Below are positions 17,577 to 30,917 of a DNA stretch of 64,000 bases, in pieces. Position 1 is the first letter of the stretch. Each line of letters starts with the position of its first letter. The stretch is from the NCBI GenBank assembly GCA_002269645.1, contig NIVC01000757.1, forward strand, positions 210,298 to 274,297, in the 5' to 3' direction. Made by a program: the position numbers and the translations under genes. The DNA is from Macrostomum lignano (taxonomy: Eukaryota). The notes beneath the pieces were generated by a model. That model was given only the letters and a program-made list of their open reading frames with translations, did no database searches and was not told the DNA's origin.

Positions 17577-19231
17577 CTCCCATGCTATGATGGATCAATG
17601 CCACATCCACCGATTCTTCAGGTGTGCCGCTGACCCCATCCACCGATTCTTCAGGTGTTCCGCTGACCCCATCCACCGATTCTTCAGGTGTTCCGCTGAC
17701 CCCATCCACCGATTCTTCAGGTGTTCCGCTGACCCCATCTATCCACCGATTCTTCAGGTGTGCCGCTGACCCCATCCACCGATTCTTCAGGTGTTCCGCT
17801 GACCCCATCCACCGATTCTTCAGGTGTTCCGCTGACCCCATCTATCCACCGATTCTTCAGGTGTGCCGCTGACCCCATCCACCGATTTTTCGGTGTTCCG
17901 CTGACCCCATCCACCGATTCTTCAGGTGTGCCGCTGACCCCATCCACCGATTCTTCGGTGTTCCGCTGACCCCATCCACCGATTCTTCGGTGTTCCGCTG
18001 CCCCATCCACCGATTCTTCAGGTGTTCCTCTGCCCCATCCACCGATTCTTCAGGTGTTCCGCTGACCCCATCCACCGATTCTTCAGGTGTTCCGCTGACC
18101 CCATCTATCCACCGATTCTTCAGGTGTGCCGCTGACCCCATCCACCGATTTTTCGGTGTTCCGCTGACCCCATCCACCGATTCTTCAGGTGTGCCGCTGA
18201 CCCCATCCACCGATTCTTCGGTGTTCCGCTGACCCCATCCACCGATTCTTCGGTGTTCCGCTGCCCCATCCACCGATTCTTCAGGTGTTCCTCTGCCCCA
18301 TCCACCGATTCTTCAGGTGTTCCGCTGACCCCATCCACCGATTCTTCAGGTGTTCCGCTGACCCCATCTATCCACCGATTCTTCAGGTGTGCCTCTGCCC
18401 CATCCATATATCCTTCAGGTGGGTTGCCAGTCCTAAACATTCAGGTGGGTCGCCAGTCCTAAACATTCAGGTGGGTCGCCAGTCCTAAACATTCAGGTGT
18501 TTCGCTTGATTTTTCAGCAAGGCTTGTTGACTACGGCATCGGGTAAGCAGCAGTCTGCTGTAGTAGACGAGGCGGACAGGAATTCAAATCATTCTCAGCA
18601 TCACCATCAGCAGCAGGACTCGAAGCGTCAAGCTCGAAGCGATTCCGAACGACGCCGGCGGAATGGCATCAAAGCGGCGTACGATGAATTGGACGCAGCA
18701 ATCGACGAGGCGATGTTGATCACAGCTAGCTCGGCCAGCGACTCCAGCCAGCAGTCGACGCGCAGTCGTGCAGCCGTACTGGAAGCCGCCGCGGCCACTA
18801 TTGAATCGTTGCGACGTGATCTAGATGACGGCGAAGGTCGTCTGGCGTCGCTGCGTCGACGCGTTGACGCTGCTGAGGCGGTGCGTCGCGGCTACAGGCT
18901 TCGATTGCAGCAGAAGTCGGCCGATTCCAATGCAGCTCAACAAAACGCTCGCTATCGTCAACGGGAAGCCGCTCGTCAACAGTTGAATGCGTTTCGTCGC
19001 TCTGTCGGCATCTTCGAAACCAGTTTTATTCGAGAAGTTTATCTTCCGTTGGAATCTGATAAGCAGGACTCGAGCCGATATGTTGAGCAGTTGTCTTGCC
19101 ATTTCGACACTTGGTTGCAGTCGCATTTTCAACCACACGAATTAGTAGCTATTGGTGAGGCGGCTGTTCAAGAAGTTAACGATGAAGCTGCTTGTCTAGA
19201 GGCTCCGGCTGCTAGCGGAAGGGGGCAGTAA
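17577..19231 (+). CDS. Mlx/Mondo-family bHLH-Zip transcription factor (probable exons 17577-17621 and 18497- or 18518-19231; 5' end uncertain)
   Basis: Basic/helix region SDSERRRRNGIKAAYDELDAAI...SRAAVLEAAAATIESL plus zipper, and a C-terminal F...SF...LSCHFDTWLQSHFQPHEL segment resembling the Mlx DCD domain. The upstream 45-nt exon has a TAG acceptor and is phase 0. Confidence 0.7.
17604..18496 (+). repeat. 33-bp minisatellite filling the putative Mlx-like intron
   Basis: Unit gtgttccgctgaccccatccaccgattcttcag with 32-37 bp variants, ending in shorter aaacattcaggtgggtcgccagtcct units. Confidence 0.95.
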
Positions 19232-22200
19232 ATGCATTGTATGTTCCTGATTCATTGCATCCCTCAAACTGAGATAGATAGATTTTTATTTGGCTACTGG
19301 TGACCAGATTTATTACACAACAATTGATTTTAAATTCTTTATTACTGATCGAAGAGTCAATCGTTTCTTAATTTAAACATCACATTCATACGCTCCTATA
19401 CACGCAGTCTAAACTGGTTAGACGCTCGCTCCTGTAGATAACGATGCGAGTATCCGTGCTAATATTATTGTTCACAAGAAAAGAAAATTTAGTATGCATG
19501 TAGATTTCAGATTTGTATATTTTATTTCTTATCTTTTTACGTTGAGAGGACTAGCCCATGTCTTTACCTTGTAAATTTAGTGTTTTAGCCAAGAAAGTCT
19601 TTTTTTAATTACTGCAATTGCAAGATTCGCAAATACAAAAGAAATTCTGTATTTTAATTCTAAATCTTACTCGCAAACAAAAGATTCGTTGTTGCCACTG
19701 TCTTCTTTTTTATGCAAGGTGGTGTTTACTTTGCCGTTTTTGATACACAGATTTAGCGTAAGTGTACATGTTAGTCTCATGAAAATCAAATGCATGGGCA
19801 TTGTTCTACATGCCAATTCGTTCCTAATCAGACAAGATTGTTGCATCTTGAAATACTTCACCAATTTAAATATTCATTTGTGTTTATCTGAGGCTTTATA
19901 GTCCTAGTGATGCGACAAAGAGGGCTATATGAATGTATGGTTATCACGGTAAAATTAACAGTAGCGCAAAGTGCATCTTTATATGATACCAGCTAAGTTT
20001 GAAATGCGCTTTAGGCAGTGGACTAAAGGATAATTAAAGTGAATAACATTTTGCAAATGCGTACAAACTTTGTTTTACTTGTGCTTTACGTTGCTTTGAG
20101 CAAACTGCAAAAATCCAGTCTAGACGTTAACGCTCATATTATTCTTCTCCTAAATATCCAGGTTTGTCTTACATAATTATTAATAGCGTGCGTCCTCATC
20201 CACTTTACGTAGTTTTTCTGATAAAAATGCAAAGTAAGTTCTTATTAAGATTCAATGAAGCTGTATATATGGTCTGTCAATTATTTTAACTACATGTGTA
20301 AACTATGACATGTGTGAGTTCTGGTATGTAGGCGGGGGTAGGCCTAAGGTCTATGCTGGGCTTAACTTAAAGCAGGGGTTTGTGAATTTAATTGACAGTC
20401 TTATTGAATTTTTATGCACAATCACAATTTTACTTTGAAGCAAACAATGTAATGTATAGTTTGAAAAAAATCGGTTAAGCCGTTTTTTCTAACTAATTGA
20501 TCACATAGAATATAGATACCTACCTACCGACAAACCTTTTTAGTATGAGATTTTCAGTATATAGGATAGACTAGGCCTATATGTTATTTGGGAGTCTACT
20601 TTACTTAGTTTAGCCGTTTGATATGATAGATATATTATCTAAAAAAAAATTAGGCTTCCTAGCTTCTGTTGATAAGCTGAAACTTTTTAGCCCCCCCCCC
20701 CCTAGTGCAATTACTTGATTTACATGACCTACAATACAGTTATTTATAAATGTATTTGTACAGTTATGTATAGTTTAGTATTGTGTATGGTAGGCTAGCT
20801 ATCTTTTCTATTGCTATGCAAGTTTTGAAACAAACTAATATGTGATTGTAGGCCTAACTCTATCCCTGTTTAATAAAAGGATCATATATGTGCCATTGCT
20901 AGGCTTAGTCAATCTAGCTAGTGCAAATTAAAAGTTGCAACAATTTCAACAAACTAAGGTTTAGTTATAATAAAGACCAACATATTTCATCATTTGATAG
21001 TTTTAGCCAATTTAGACAAGACAATTAGACTATTAAAAAGTTTAAGGTTTCTTTGTTTTTTATAAAGAAGTTAAAAAGCAAAGTTGCATGGCTTATTTTT
21101 AGATTTAGGCAATTTTTAGATTTTAGAAGCTTTCATATCTATAAATATACATCATCTAAAGTAAAGCCAAGATGCTTTCTTTATAATGTTTACTAAAGGT
21201 TGTGCTCTTAGCTTGCCTTAAGTAAATTAAAAAGGTTTCTTAATCTTAAAGTATTTCTATTATATCTTTACCTAATATATAACAATAGATTTATAGTTGC
21301 TATCAATCTAAGATAACATGATTTTTGTTGCATATGAAAAATAAAACAATGTTTTTTAAAGATGAATACATGACCTAGATTTCTTGACAAGAATTGTTAT
21401 TAAGACCTATATGTATTGTTGTAGGGGTATTCCCGTATGATACAAAGTCCTACTGCTATTACCAAAGTTGTCCTAGGGCTTTGTCTCTCTATAAAATCTC
21501 AATCGCTGACACCAAGCTGTTACAGGGGTGATTCCTTCTTGTTAATATTGCTGGTTATTACTCGCCTTTTACTTGTAGCGCATGTACTTCTATTGGTAGC
21601 ATCTGTACTTTTACTAGTAGCGTCTGTACTTCTATTGTACTTTCTGGCCTGAGCGGTCTTTTTAGGCACTGTCTATCCTATCCTTATACTCCTCTAAAGA
21701 TATTATTTTCAGTCCTGGGCATTCCCAGGATCAGAGGGTCACAGCACACTTCGCTGGGTATTCTGCCCTGAGGCGGGTTTCTTAGACTCTAAGCCTGGCT
21801 TTCTCTACCCTGTGGTAGGAATTCTGCCTTCTAAAGGCAGGTTACTAGACTCCTAAGTCTAGGATTTCTCATTCTCTGAGAATGGACTGAACTCCCAATC
21901 TTGGGGCAACTCCTATGTCACTATCCACTATTCAAAATAAGTAACACGAGTGATCACAAGCCCAAGGCTGATTTAAAGCTTGATCAATGTTCAAAACAAT
22001 GGTACAAGAAAATGTTCACAAGGTTCACCAGGTTATTTATTTTTGCTCCCAGCTGACTCCTATTTATAGTAAAATTTTCCTAGTATTTAAAACAAAGTAT
22101 ATAATATTTGGAATATTTTGCATACAAGAAATATTTTCAATATTCGCAGAGTTAAACAACAGTAATACATTTTTAAAATTCAACTTTTTCTAAGAACTTG

Positions 22201-23014
22201 CTATAAAAACTGGAGGCCTATTATAGTATATATTTTGGAACCAGTTAATTCGGCAATAGGTTGACTTGGCGACAAGCAATTTAGTGACAGTCAGTTCAGC
22301 GACATATAATCAGGGGGTGGTTAAAACAGAGGAGTGGTTAAATTGTCATCTATTGTATTGAGTTTGAATATTTATTCCAATTTCAAAATAAGCCAAAGTG
22401 GTAAGCCTCACATATGCTTTTGCCAGTGTGTCACATATGCTTATAGTAAAACCAATGTTGAGACACTAAGAACAATTGTTGAATAGACTAATCTTTAAAA
22501 ATCCTGGTTGAATTTGTTTTGTTAGCCTTATTATATAGAAATAGATATATTTATAATTCATTATGAGTTCAAGTTAGACAATATAGGAATATGTACACTA
22601 GTGATATTTACTAGATTATATTCGAATTGACTTAATTATATTCATTATAAATGTTAAAAAATGAGCTTTAGGCCTTTTATAATATATCCCATTTTTTATA
22701 TTTATAGATTTATAGGCAAGAAAAATCTATTGTCATGTTTGTTAGAAATCCAAATATCCTTTCATTAAATCAATATATCTAGAGCAAAACCTCTTATCAA
22801 AATTACTTGATAGCATTAAAATTCTTATTAAAGCTAGCAAGCCTTCTATTATTTACTATATATAATGACATAACATTATTTAGCCATTGCAGCTAAAGGG
22901 TGATTTCTAGCATGTCTTGCTTCATTAAAGTTGGCATTTTGAGGCTTTAACCCTTGGATTTTGGTAAACCTATTATATGAACTAAAAGATTGATTACTAT
23001 TTAATTAATTATTC

Positions 23015-23422
23015 TAGAGGTCGGACGAGCAGAAAATTTTGGTCAGGCGTGAAATTTGATGAAATTTTCAAAGTCGGGCGTGATCATGATTGTGATCATG
23101 AATTTATATTTGCATACACATATTTTGAGCTCGTAAGTTACAAGTGTTGAAAATCACAAAGCAAGAAAAGAAATATTTATAAATTGATAATAGCTACTCA
23201 GTAATGCTGTCAAGTCAACAAATTTAAAATTTATTACTCTTTTACACATTTGTATTCACATATTTTGGTAAACCAAGTAGAAAAGTTATACTTCTAATAA
23301 AAATGTAATAAAGTGGAAATTCACGACTGTCGTGAACAGGTTTCAAGGAAATCACAATCGTGAAAAAAATGGTCCTGAATTCACAAAATCGTGATCACGA
23401 TCGTGATCATGTCCGACCCCTA
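23015..23422. mobile_element. hAT-type MITE
   Basis: TIR TAGAGGTCGGAC / GTCCGACCCCTA (11/12); perfect 8-bp TSD AATTATTC at 23007-23014 and 23423-23430. Confidence 0.85.
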
Positions 23423-23703
23423 AATTATTCACAACTCACTAACTCTAACTAATAACAGTAGCATTAGCTCATTAAAATTTAGTAATAAAAGCTTATTAAT
23501 ATATTATTCAAGACCTGTTCACCCTATTATTAAAGCCTATCATATACCTATTTTAGTAGAGGGATAAAATCCAAGTAAAATTAGGATTTCATTGTTTTAA
23601 TGCATTTTTTAGGCAATGTCTAGCTATTTTTTTAAAATTCATGCTTAAGCTCAAAAATTTAGTTAGCACAAAGTTACAAAAAATCATTTTTTCACATTTG
23701 CAG

Positions 23704-26700
23704 GCTCATCTGATGCAGCTTCACTGTCGGAAGTAATTGCTGAGGCCAATGAAGACACGCTGCGCAAGTTGCTGCAGGAAAGCCAGCGCAGGGTGCTCCT
23801 GCTTGCCAGGACAGTCTCGGCTAAAGATAAAGAACTGCTTTTATGTAGTGTAAGAAAATATTTTTTTGAAAGCCTAGGTTTTCTGTTCTATTGCTGGTTG
23901 CAATTGCAGTTTAGCTAAGGGGCATTGCGGGCAACCTGGTGCGAGCAACGCCTTTGGGGCGATATTGTCCCAGAATCAGCGCTGAGTCCATTCTGCCCAT
24001 CCCTCTGACGCCTGAGCACTTTCAAGCGCGCCAAAAAAAGCCACAGATTATCGCACCCCCTCTTCACACTCTCCATCCCGCTTAGCAACAACTGGAACAG
24101 CTCCGATTGCACGCAGCTAGCCAGTCAGCTGCCAATATCAAGTGTGCCGCCTTGGACCCGGCAGTTGGTCAGGCCTTCTATCGACTGCGTCAAGAACTAG
24201 CCGATGCTAAAGCGCGCCTAGAACAGGCGCAGAGCGACCTATCGGCTTGGAAGTTCACCCCGGATAGTCAATCTGGCAAGCGGCTCATGGCTCGAATTCG
24301 TCAGATGCAAGACGAGAATAGCGAGCTCAGCCGCGGCGTGTCTTCTGGCAGTGTGGCTAAATTAGAAACTGAGATTGCTCTGCAACGGGTGTTGCTGCAG
24401 GATATGAGACGGACTCAGACGGGTAAGTAGATGCTAATTGTTATAAATGCGTACTTTTCACTTTATTAGACTCTGATTTAGGGCCTGTGTAACTGTGTTC
24501 CTTTCTGCTTCCATTCTCCCAGACCCATCAGCACCTGTGTTCCTTTCTGCTTCCATTCTCCCAGACCTATCAGCACATGTGTTCCCTTCTGCTTCCATTC
24601 TCCCAGACCCATCAGCACCTGTGTTCCTTTCTGCTTCCATTCTCCCAGACCCATCAGCACCTGTGTTCCTTTCTGCTTCCATTCTCCCAGACCCATCAGC
24701 ACCTGTGTTCCTTTCTGCTTCCATTCTCCCAGACCCATCAGCACCTGTGTTCCTTTCTGCTTCCATTCTCCCAGACCCATCAGCACCTGTGTTCCTTTCT
24801 GCTTCCATTCTCCCAGACCCATCAGCACCTGTGTTCCTTTCTGCTTCCATTCTCCCAGACCCATCAGCACCTGTGTTCCTTTCTGCTTCCATTCTCCCAG
24901 ACCCATCAGCACATGTGTTCCTTTCTGCTTCCATTCTCCCAGACCCATCAGCACCTGTGTTCCTTTCTGCTTCCATTCTCCCAGACCCATCAGCACCTGT
25001 GTTCCTTTCTGCTTCCATTCTCCCAGACCCATCAGCACCTGTGTTCCTTTCTGCTTCCATTCTCCCAGACCCATCAGCACATGTGTTCCTTTCTGCTTCC
25101 ATTCTCCCAGACCCATCAGCACCTGTGTTCCTTTCTGCTTCCATTCTCCCAGACCCATCAGCACATGTGTTCCTTTCTGCTTCCATTCTCCCAGACCCAT
25201 CAGCACATGTGTTCCTTTCTGCTTCCATTCTCCCAGACCCATCAGCACCTGTGTTCCTTTCTGCTTCCATTCTCCCAGACCCATCAGCACCTGTGTTCCT
25301 TTCTGCTTCCATTCTCCCAGACCCATCAGCACCTGTGTTCCTTTCTGCTTCCATTCTCCCAGACCCATCAGCACCTGTGTTCCTTTCTGCTTCCATTCTC
25401 CCAGACCCATCAGCACCTGTGTTCCTTTCTGCTTCCATTCTCCCAGACCTATCAGCACATGTGTTCCTTTCTGCTTCCATTCTCCCAGACCCATCAGCAC
25501 CTGTGTTCCTTTCTGCTTCCATTCTCCCAGACCCATCAGCACCTGTGTTCCTTTCTGCTTCCATTCTCCCAGACCCATCAGCACCTGTGTTCCTTTCTGC
25601 TTCCATTCTCCCAGACCCATCAGCACCTGTGTTCCTTTCTGCTTCCATTCTCCCAGACCCATCAGCACCTGTGTTCCTTTCTGCTTCCATTCTCCCAGAC
25701 CCATCAGCACCTGTGTTCCTTTCTGCTTCCATTCTCCCAGACCCATCAGCACCTGTGTTCCTTTCTGCTTCCATTCTCCCAGACCCATCAGCACATGTGT
25801 TCCTTTCTGCTTCCATTCTCCCAGACCCATCAGCACCTGTGTTCCTTTCTGCTTCCATTCTCCCAGACCCATCAGCACCTGTGTTCCTTTCTGCTTCCAT
25901 TCTCCCAGACCCATCAGCACCTGTGTTCCTTTCTGCTTCCATTCTCCCAGACCCATCAGCACATGTGTTCCTTTCTGCTTCCATTCTCCCAGACCCATCA
26001 GCACCTGTGTTCCTTTCTGCTTCCATTCTCCCAGACCCATCAGCACATGTGTTCCTTTCTGCTTCCATTCTCCCAGACCCATCAGCACATGTGTTCCTTT
26101 CTGCTTCCATTCTCCCAGACCCATCAGCACCTGTGTTCCTTTCTGCTTCCATTCTCCCAGACCCATCAGCACCTGTGTTCCTTTCTGCTTCCATTCTCCC
26201 AGACCCATCAGCACCTGTGTTCCTTTCTGCTTCCATTCTCCCAGACCCATCAGCACCTGTGTTCCTTTCTGCTTCCATTCTCCCAGACCCATCAGCACCT
26301 GTGTTCCTTTCTGCTTCCATTCTCCCAGACCCATCAGCACCTGTGTTCCTTTCTGCTTCCATTCTCCCAGACCCATCAGCACCTGTGTTCCTTTCTGCTT
26401 CCATTCTCCCAGACCCATCAGCACATGTGTTCCTTTCTGCTTCCATTCTCCCAGACCCATCAGCACCTGTGTTCCTTTCTGCTTCCATTCTCCCAGACCC
26501 ATCAGCACCTGTGTTCCTTTCTGCTTCCATTCTCCCAGACCCATCAGCACCTGTGTTCCTTTCTGCTTCCATTCTCCCAGACCCATCAGCACCTGTGTTC
26601 CTTTCTGCTTCCATTCTCCCAGACCCATCAGCACCTGTGTTCCTTTCTGCTTCCATTCTCCCAGACCCATCAGCACATGTGTTCCTTTCTGCTTCCATTC

Positions 26701-27169
26701 TCCCAGACCCATCAGCACCTGTGTTCCTTTCTGCTTCCATTCTCCCAGACCCATCAGCACCTGTGTTCCTTTCTGCTTCCATTCTCCCAGACCCATCAGC
26801 ACATGTGTTCCTTTCTGCTTCCATTCTCCCAGACCCATCAGCACCTGTGTTCCTTCTGTAGTTTTTTAAAGTTTATTTCCAAAGATTATAAGTGTTAAAC
26901 ATACTTTTTGCATTGCTTCTCCATGCCTCTCCCGCTCAGAGCAAGAAGAATTTCTAACAGAAATTGACTCCGAGACGGAATCGCTGCAATCGACTGTAGT
27001 TCAGTTGCAGTCTCAGCTGACTGAGGCCTACAGTCAGATACACGTGTTAGAGCAAAATCTGCGGTCTCGTGGTCAGTTACCGACTTCTGTGCAAGGCAAC
27101 GGGCCGGCTAATTCTTTTGATGACGCTGACAATGAAGCTAACGTTGAGCTGACTACTGAAGCTGTGTAA
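23704..27169 (+). CDS. WTAP: WTAP / fl(2)d m6A-writer complex subunit (exons 23704-23849, 24086-24422, 26940-27169; start exon upstream, possibly 20305-20323)
   Basis: LEQAQSDLSAWKFTPDSQSGKRLMARIRQMQDENSEL matches the WTAP signature; flanking coiled-coil exons LLQESQRR...KDKEL and EFLTEIDSETESLQSTVVQLQ join with consistent phases. Confidence 0.92.
24487..26857. repeat. 42-bp minisatellite, ~56 copies, in a WTAP intron
   Basis: Unit cacctgtgttcctttctgcttccattctcccagacccatcag; source of the 773-788 aa artefactual ORFs. Confidence 0.98.
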
Positions 27170-27569
27170 AGAATTTTTATGACCTTGATTGACCTTAAGT
27201 TTGAGTTGATCATCATTAATTGTCTATCAAAGAGTGTAATGCCAATTTGTGTTTTACTAATTTGAATCAACAAGAAAATTGTAATTATACAATTAATATC
27301 AGTAACTAATAGCCCGCTATATTGCGTTAACTATTTATAGTTTTAATTATGCAAAAAACTGTCTATGCATTTCTTCAATGAGTTTTTCCTCCTATGTTTG
27401 TTAGTTGCGTAAATGTAAGCGTTTGATTGCAAAAAATGAATTTCAGTCATTTCAATACTAGTTTGTTTTGCGTTTTTTACTTGTAGTCTTGTAATTATGG
27501 TTACATATGAATCTAGGCACTTCAATTAGTTGGTGTTAACCTTATAGAAATAGATCCCATGTCTGTGAT

Positions 27570-29570
27570 CTATTAACACAGATAAGATTCTATTATAGAT
27601 AAGATTCTTAACGCAGATAAGATTCTAATAGATAAGATTCTCTGTCTAATCTATTCTCGCAGATATGATTCTGTTTCTAATCTATTGTCACAGATAATAT
27701 TCTAATAGAGAAGATTCTGTCTAATCTATTCTCAGTCTCACAGATAAGATTCTAATAGATAGATTCTCTGTCTAATCTATTCTCACAGATACGATTCTGG
27801 CATAGATAAGATTCTCTGTCTAATCTATTCTCACAGATACGATTCTAGCATAGATAAGATTTTCTGTCTAATCTATTCTCACATATACGATTCTAGCATA
27901 GATAAGATTCTCTGTCTAATTTATTCTCACAGATACGATTCTAGCATAGATAAGATTTTCTGTCTAATCTATTCTCACATATACGATTCTAGCATAGATA
28001 AGATTCTCTGTCTAATCTATTCTCACAGATACGATTCTAGCATAGATAAGATTTTCTGTCTAATCTATTCTCACATATACGATTCTAGCATAGATAAGAT
28101 TCTCTGTCTAATCTTTTCTCACAGATACGATTCTAGCATAGATAAGATTCTCTGTCTAATCTATTCTCACAGATACGATTCTAGCATAGATAAGATTCTC
28201 TGTCTAATCTATTCTCACATATACGATTCTAGCATAGATAAGATTCTCTGTCTAATCTATTCTCGCAGATATGATTCTGTTTCTAATCTATTGTCACAGA
28301 TAATATTCTAATAGAGAAGATTCTGTCTAATCTATTCTCAGTCTCACAGATAAGATTCTAATAGATAGATTCTCTGTCTAATCTATTCTCACAGATACGA
28401 TTCTGGCATAGATAAGATTCTCTGTCTAATCTATTCTCACAGATACGATTCTAGCATAGATAAGATTTTCTGTCTAATCTATTCTCACATATACGATTCT
28501 AGCATAGATAAGATTCTCTGTCTAATCTATTCTCACAGATACGATTCTAGCATAGATAAGATTTTCTGTCTAATCTATTCTCACATATACGATTCTAGCA
28601 TAGATAAGATTCTCTGTCTAATCTATTCTCACAGATACGATTCTAGCATAGATAAGATTTTCTGTCTAATCTATTCTCACATATACGATTCTAGCATAGA
28701 TAAGATTCTCTGTCTAATCTATTCTCACAGATACGATTCTAGCATAGATAAGATTCTCTGTCTAATCTATTCTCACAGATACGATTCTAGCATAGATAAA
28801 ATTCTCTGTCTAATCTATTCTCACATATACGATTCTAGCATAGATAAGATTCTCTGTCTAATCTATTCTCACAGATACGATTCTAGCATAGATAAGATTT
28901 TCTGTCTAATCTATTCTCACATATACGATTCTAGCATAGATAAGATTCTCTGTCTAATCTATTCTCACATATACGATTCTAGCATAGATAAGATTCTCTG
29001 TCTAATCTATTCTCACAGATACGATTCTGGCATAGATAAGATTCTCTGTCTAATCTATTCTCACAGATACGATTCTAGCATAGATAAGATTCTCTGTCTA
29101 ATCTATTCTCACAGATACGATTCTAGCATAGATAAGATTCTCTGTCTAATCTATTCTCACAGATACGATTCTAGCATAGATAAGATTCTCTGTCTAATTT
29201 ATTCTCACAGATACGATTCTAGCATAGATAAGATTCTCTGTCTAATTTATTCTCACAGATACGATTCTAGCATAGATAAGATTCTCTGTCTAATCTATTC
29301 TCACAGATACGATTCTAGCATAGATAAGATTCTCTGTCTAATTTATTCTCACAGATACGATTCTAGCATAGATAAGATTCTCTGTCTAATTTATTCTCAC
29401 AGATACGATTCTAGCATAGTTAAGATAACTAAGATTCTAGTTATCTTCTGTAATCTATTCCCACTGATAAGAATCTAGTATAGATAAAATTTACTGTTTC
29501 TAATCTCTTCTCACAGTTAAGATTCTAGTATAGACAAGATTCTTTATCTGTAATTTGTTCTCACAGACAA
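27570..29570. repeat. 48-bp minisatellite with a ~600-bp higher-order duplication
   Basis: Unit tctctgtctaatctattctcacagatacgattctagcatagataagat; the variant block at ~27657 recurs at ~28262. Confidence 0.95.
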
Positions 29571-29721
29571 GATTCTCTACAATCTATCATAAAGATTTAG
29601 AGCTCAAGCTGCAAATGCCTCTCTATGAAATGGTTTTCAGCTAGGGCGGTGGGCAGCAGCTAATTAAACAAAGGCACAGGTACAAAAAGCACACGCAGAG
29701 CATATTCAAAAATCGTCAATA

Positions 29722-30917
29722 ATGTCGGAAGCCAAGCAACAAGTCCAGCAGCACGAGGAGGAAGATCAGGAGGACGCACTGACTGAGGCCCGCGAACTGT
29801 TTATGGAGTCCGACCTCGAGCAGGCCCTCGTCAAGTTCAAAGAGGCTGAGGCGGCCGCCTCCAGCGATAAAACCCGCTGGCCAGAGGTCCTTGCCGCACA
29901 GACTGGTCAAGCCGAAATCTCTATTCAGAAGAAAGAATGGGCCGCCGCCATTAACCAGCTAACGGCGTCCGTAGCTGCGGCCGATGCCGCCGCTAAAGCG
30001 TCTGGAGATGATGAAGCTGCCACTACAGCCTCCGCCGCTCGCGATCTCACCAGAGCTCACTACATGCTGGGCATTGCCCTGCTGGGCCAGAGCAAAATTG
30101 ACGAAGCTAAAGCTGAATTTGAATCGGCCAGAACCATTGCTAATGACGCTCCCGATGCTGTGGATATGCTGTCAGATATTCAGGTGAGATTCGTTTTTCG
30201 TTTTCTTTTACTTTCAACCGTCATAGACCATACCCTGCTCTTATAATTACCATAGACAAAACCGGCCTGTTAGAATTACCATAGACAAAACCGGCCTGTT
30301 AGAATTACCATAGACAAAGCCCTGTTAGAATTACCATAGACAAAGCCCTGTTAAAATTACCATAGAGAAATTCCTGTTAGAATTACCATAGACAAAACCG
30401 GACTGTTAGAATTGCCATAGACTAAATCGCCACAGACGTGCATTCGCAAGCAGTCCCCCTCTATCAACATCGCCACCAGGACCGGCTGGAGCAGCTGGAC
30501 GAAGTGGAAGAGGACGATCTCGTAGAAATCGCCCTAGAATTCGGCGTCGCTCCCGAAGGCTCATTCGTTGGCGAAGAAGACGACGAAGAGGAAGACTTTG
30601 AAGAAGACGAAGAGGAAGAGGAGGAAGAAGAAGAAGACGAGGATTCCTCTCGCGGCCAGCTGGCGACGGTCAATTCCCGTAAGCGACGCGCCGCCGCAGG
30701 CGTTCGTGCCAATGGCGGCGCCGGCGAAGAGGATGACGATGAAGAAGAGGAAGATTATGAGGACGAAGAAGAGGAGGAAGAGGAAGGTGACGAGGTGCCA
30801 ACAAAGCGAGCCCGGCAGCTGGCGGCCGGCTCGCGAAACGGTCGCCGAGCCGTGGCCGCCTCCGGAGATGACGAAGACGAAGTGGAGGACGAAGAGGAAG
30901 TGAGCTCGTCCGCTTAG
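29722..30917 (+). CDS. TPR protein with acidic tail, NASP/SHNi-TPR histone-chaperone-like (exons 29722-30183, 30436-30917)
   Basis: AEISIQKKEWAAAI...RDLTRAHYMLGIAL...DEAKAEF resembles NASP TPR2-3; exon 2 is poly-D/E with RKRR and KRAR NLS-like motifs. Joining the exons needs +1 nt near the CCCCC at ~30455. Confidence 0.6.
30243..30425. repeat. 26-29 bp tandem repeat in the intron, each unit carrying CCATAGA
   Basis: Unit attaccatagacaaaaccggcctgttaga, 6-7 copies. Confidence 0.9.

Noticed and set aside
17536-18488. CRISPR-like appearance of the regular arrays
   Set aside because: No unique spacers, no cas genes, eukaryotic context.
24458-26898. Four 773-788 aa ORFs
   Set aside because: They are translations of a stop-free 42-bp minisatellite inside a phase-consistent WTAP intron, open on both strands.
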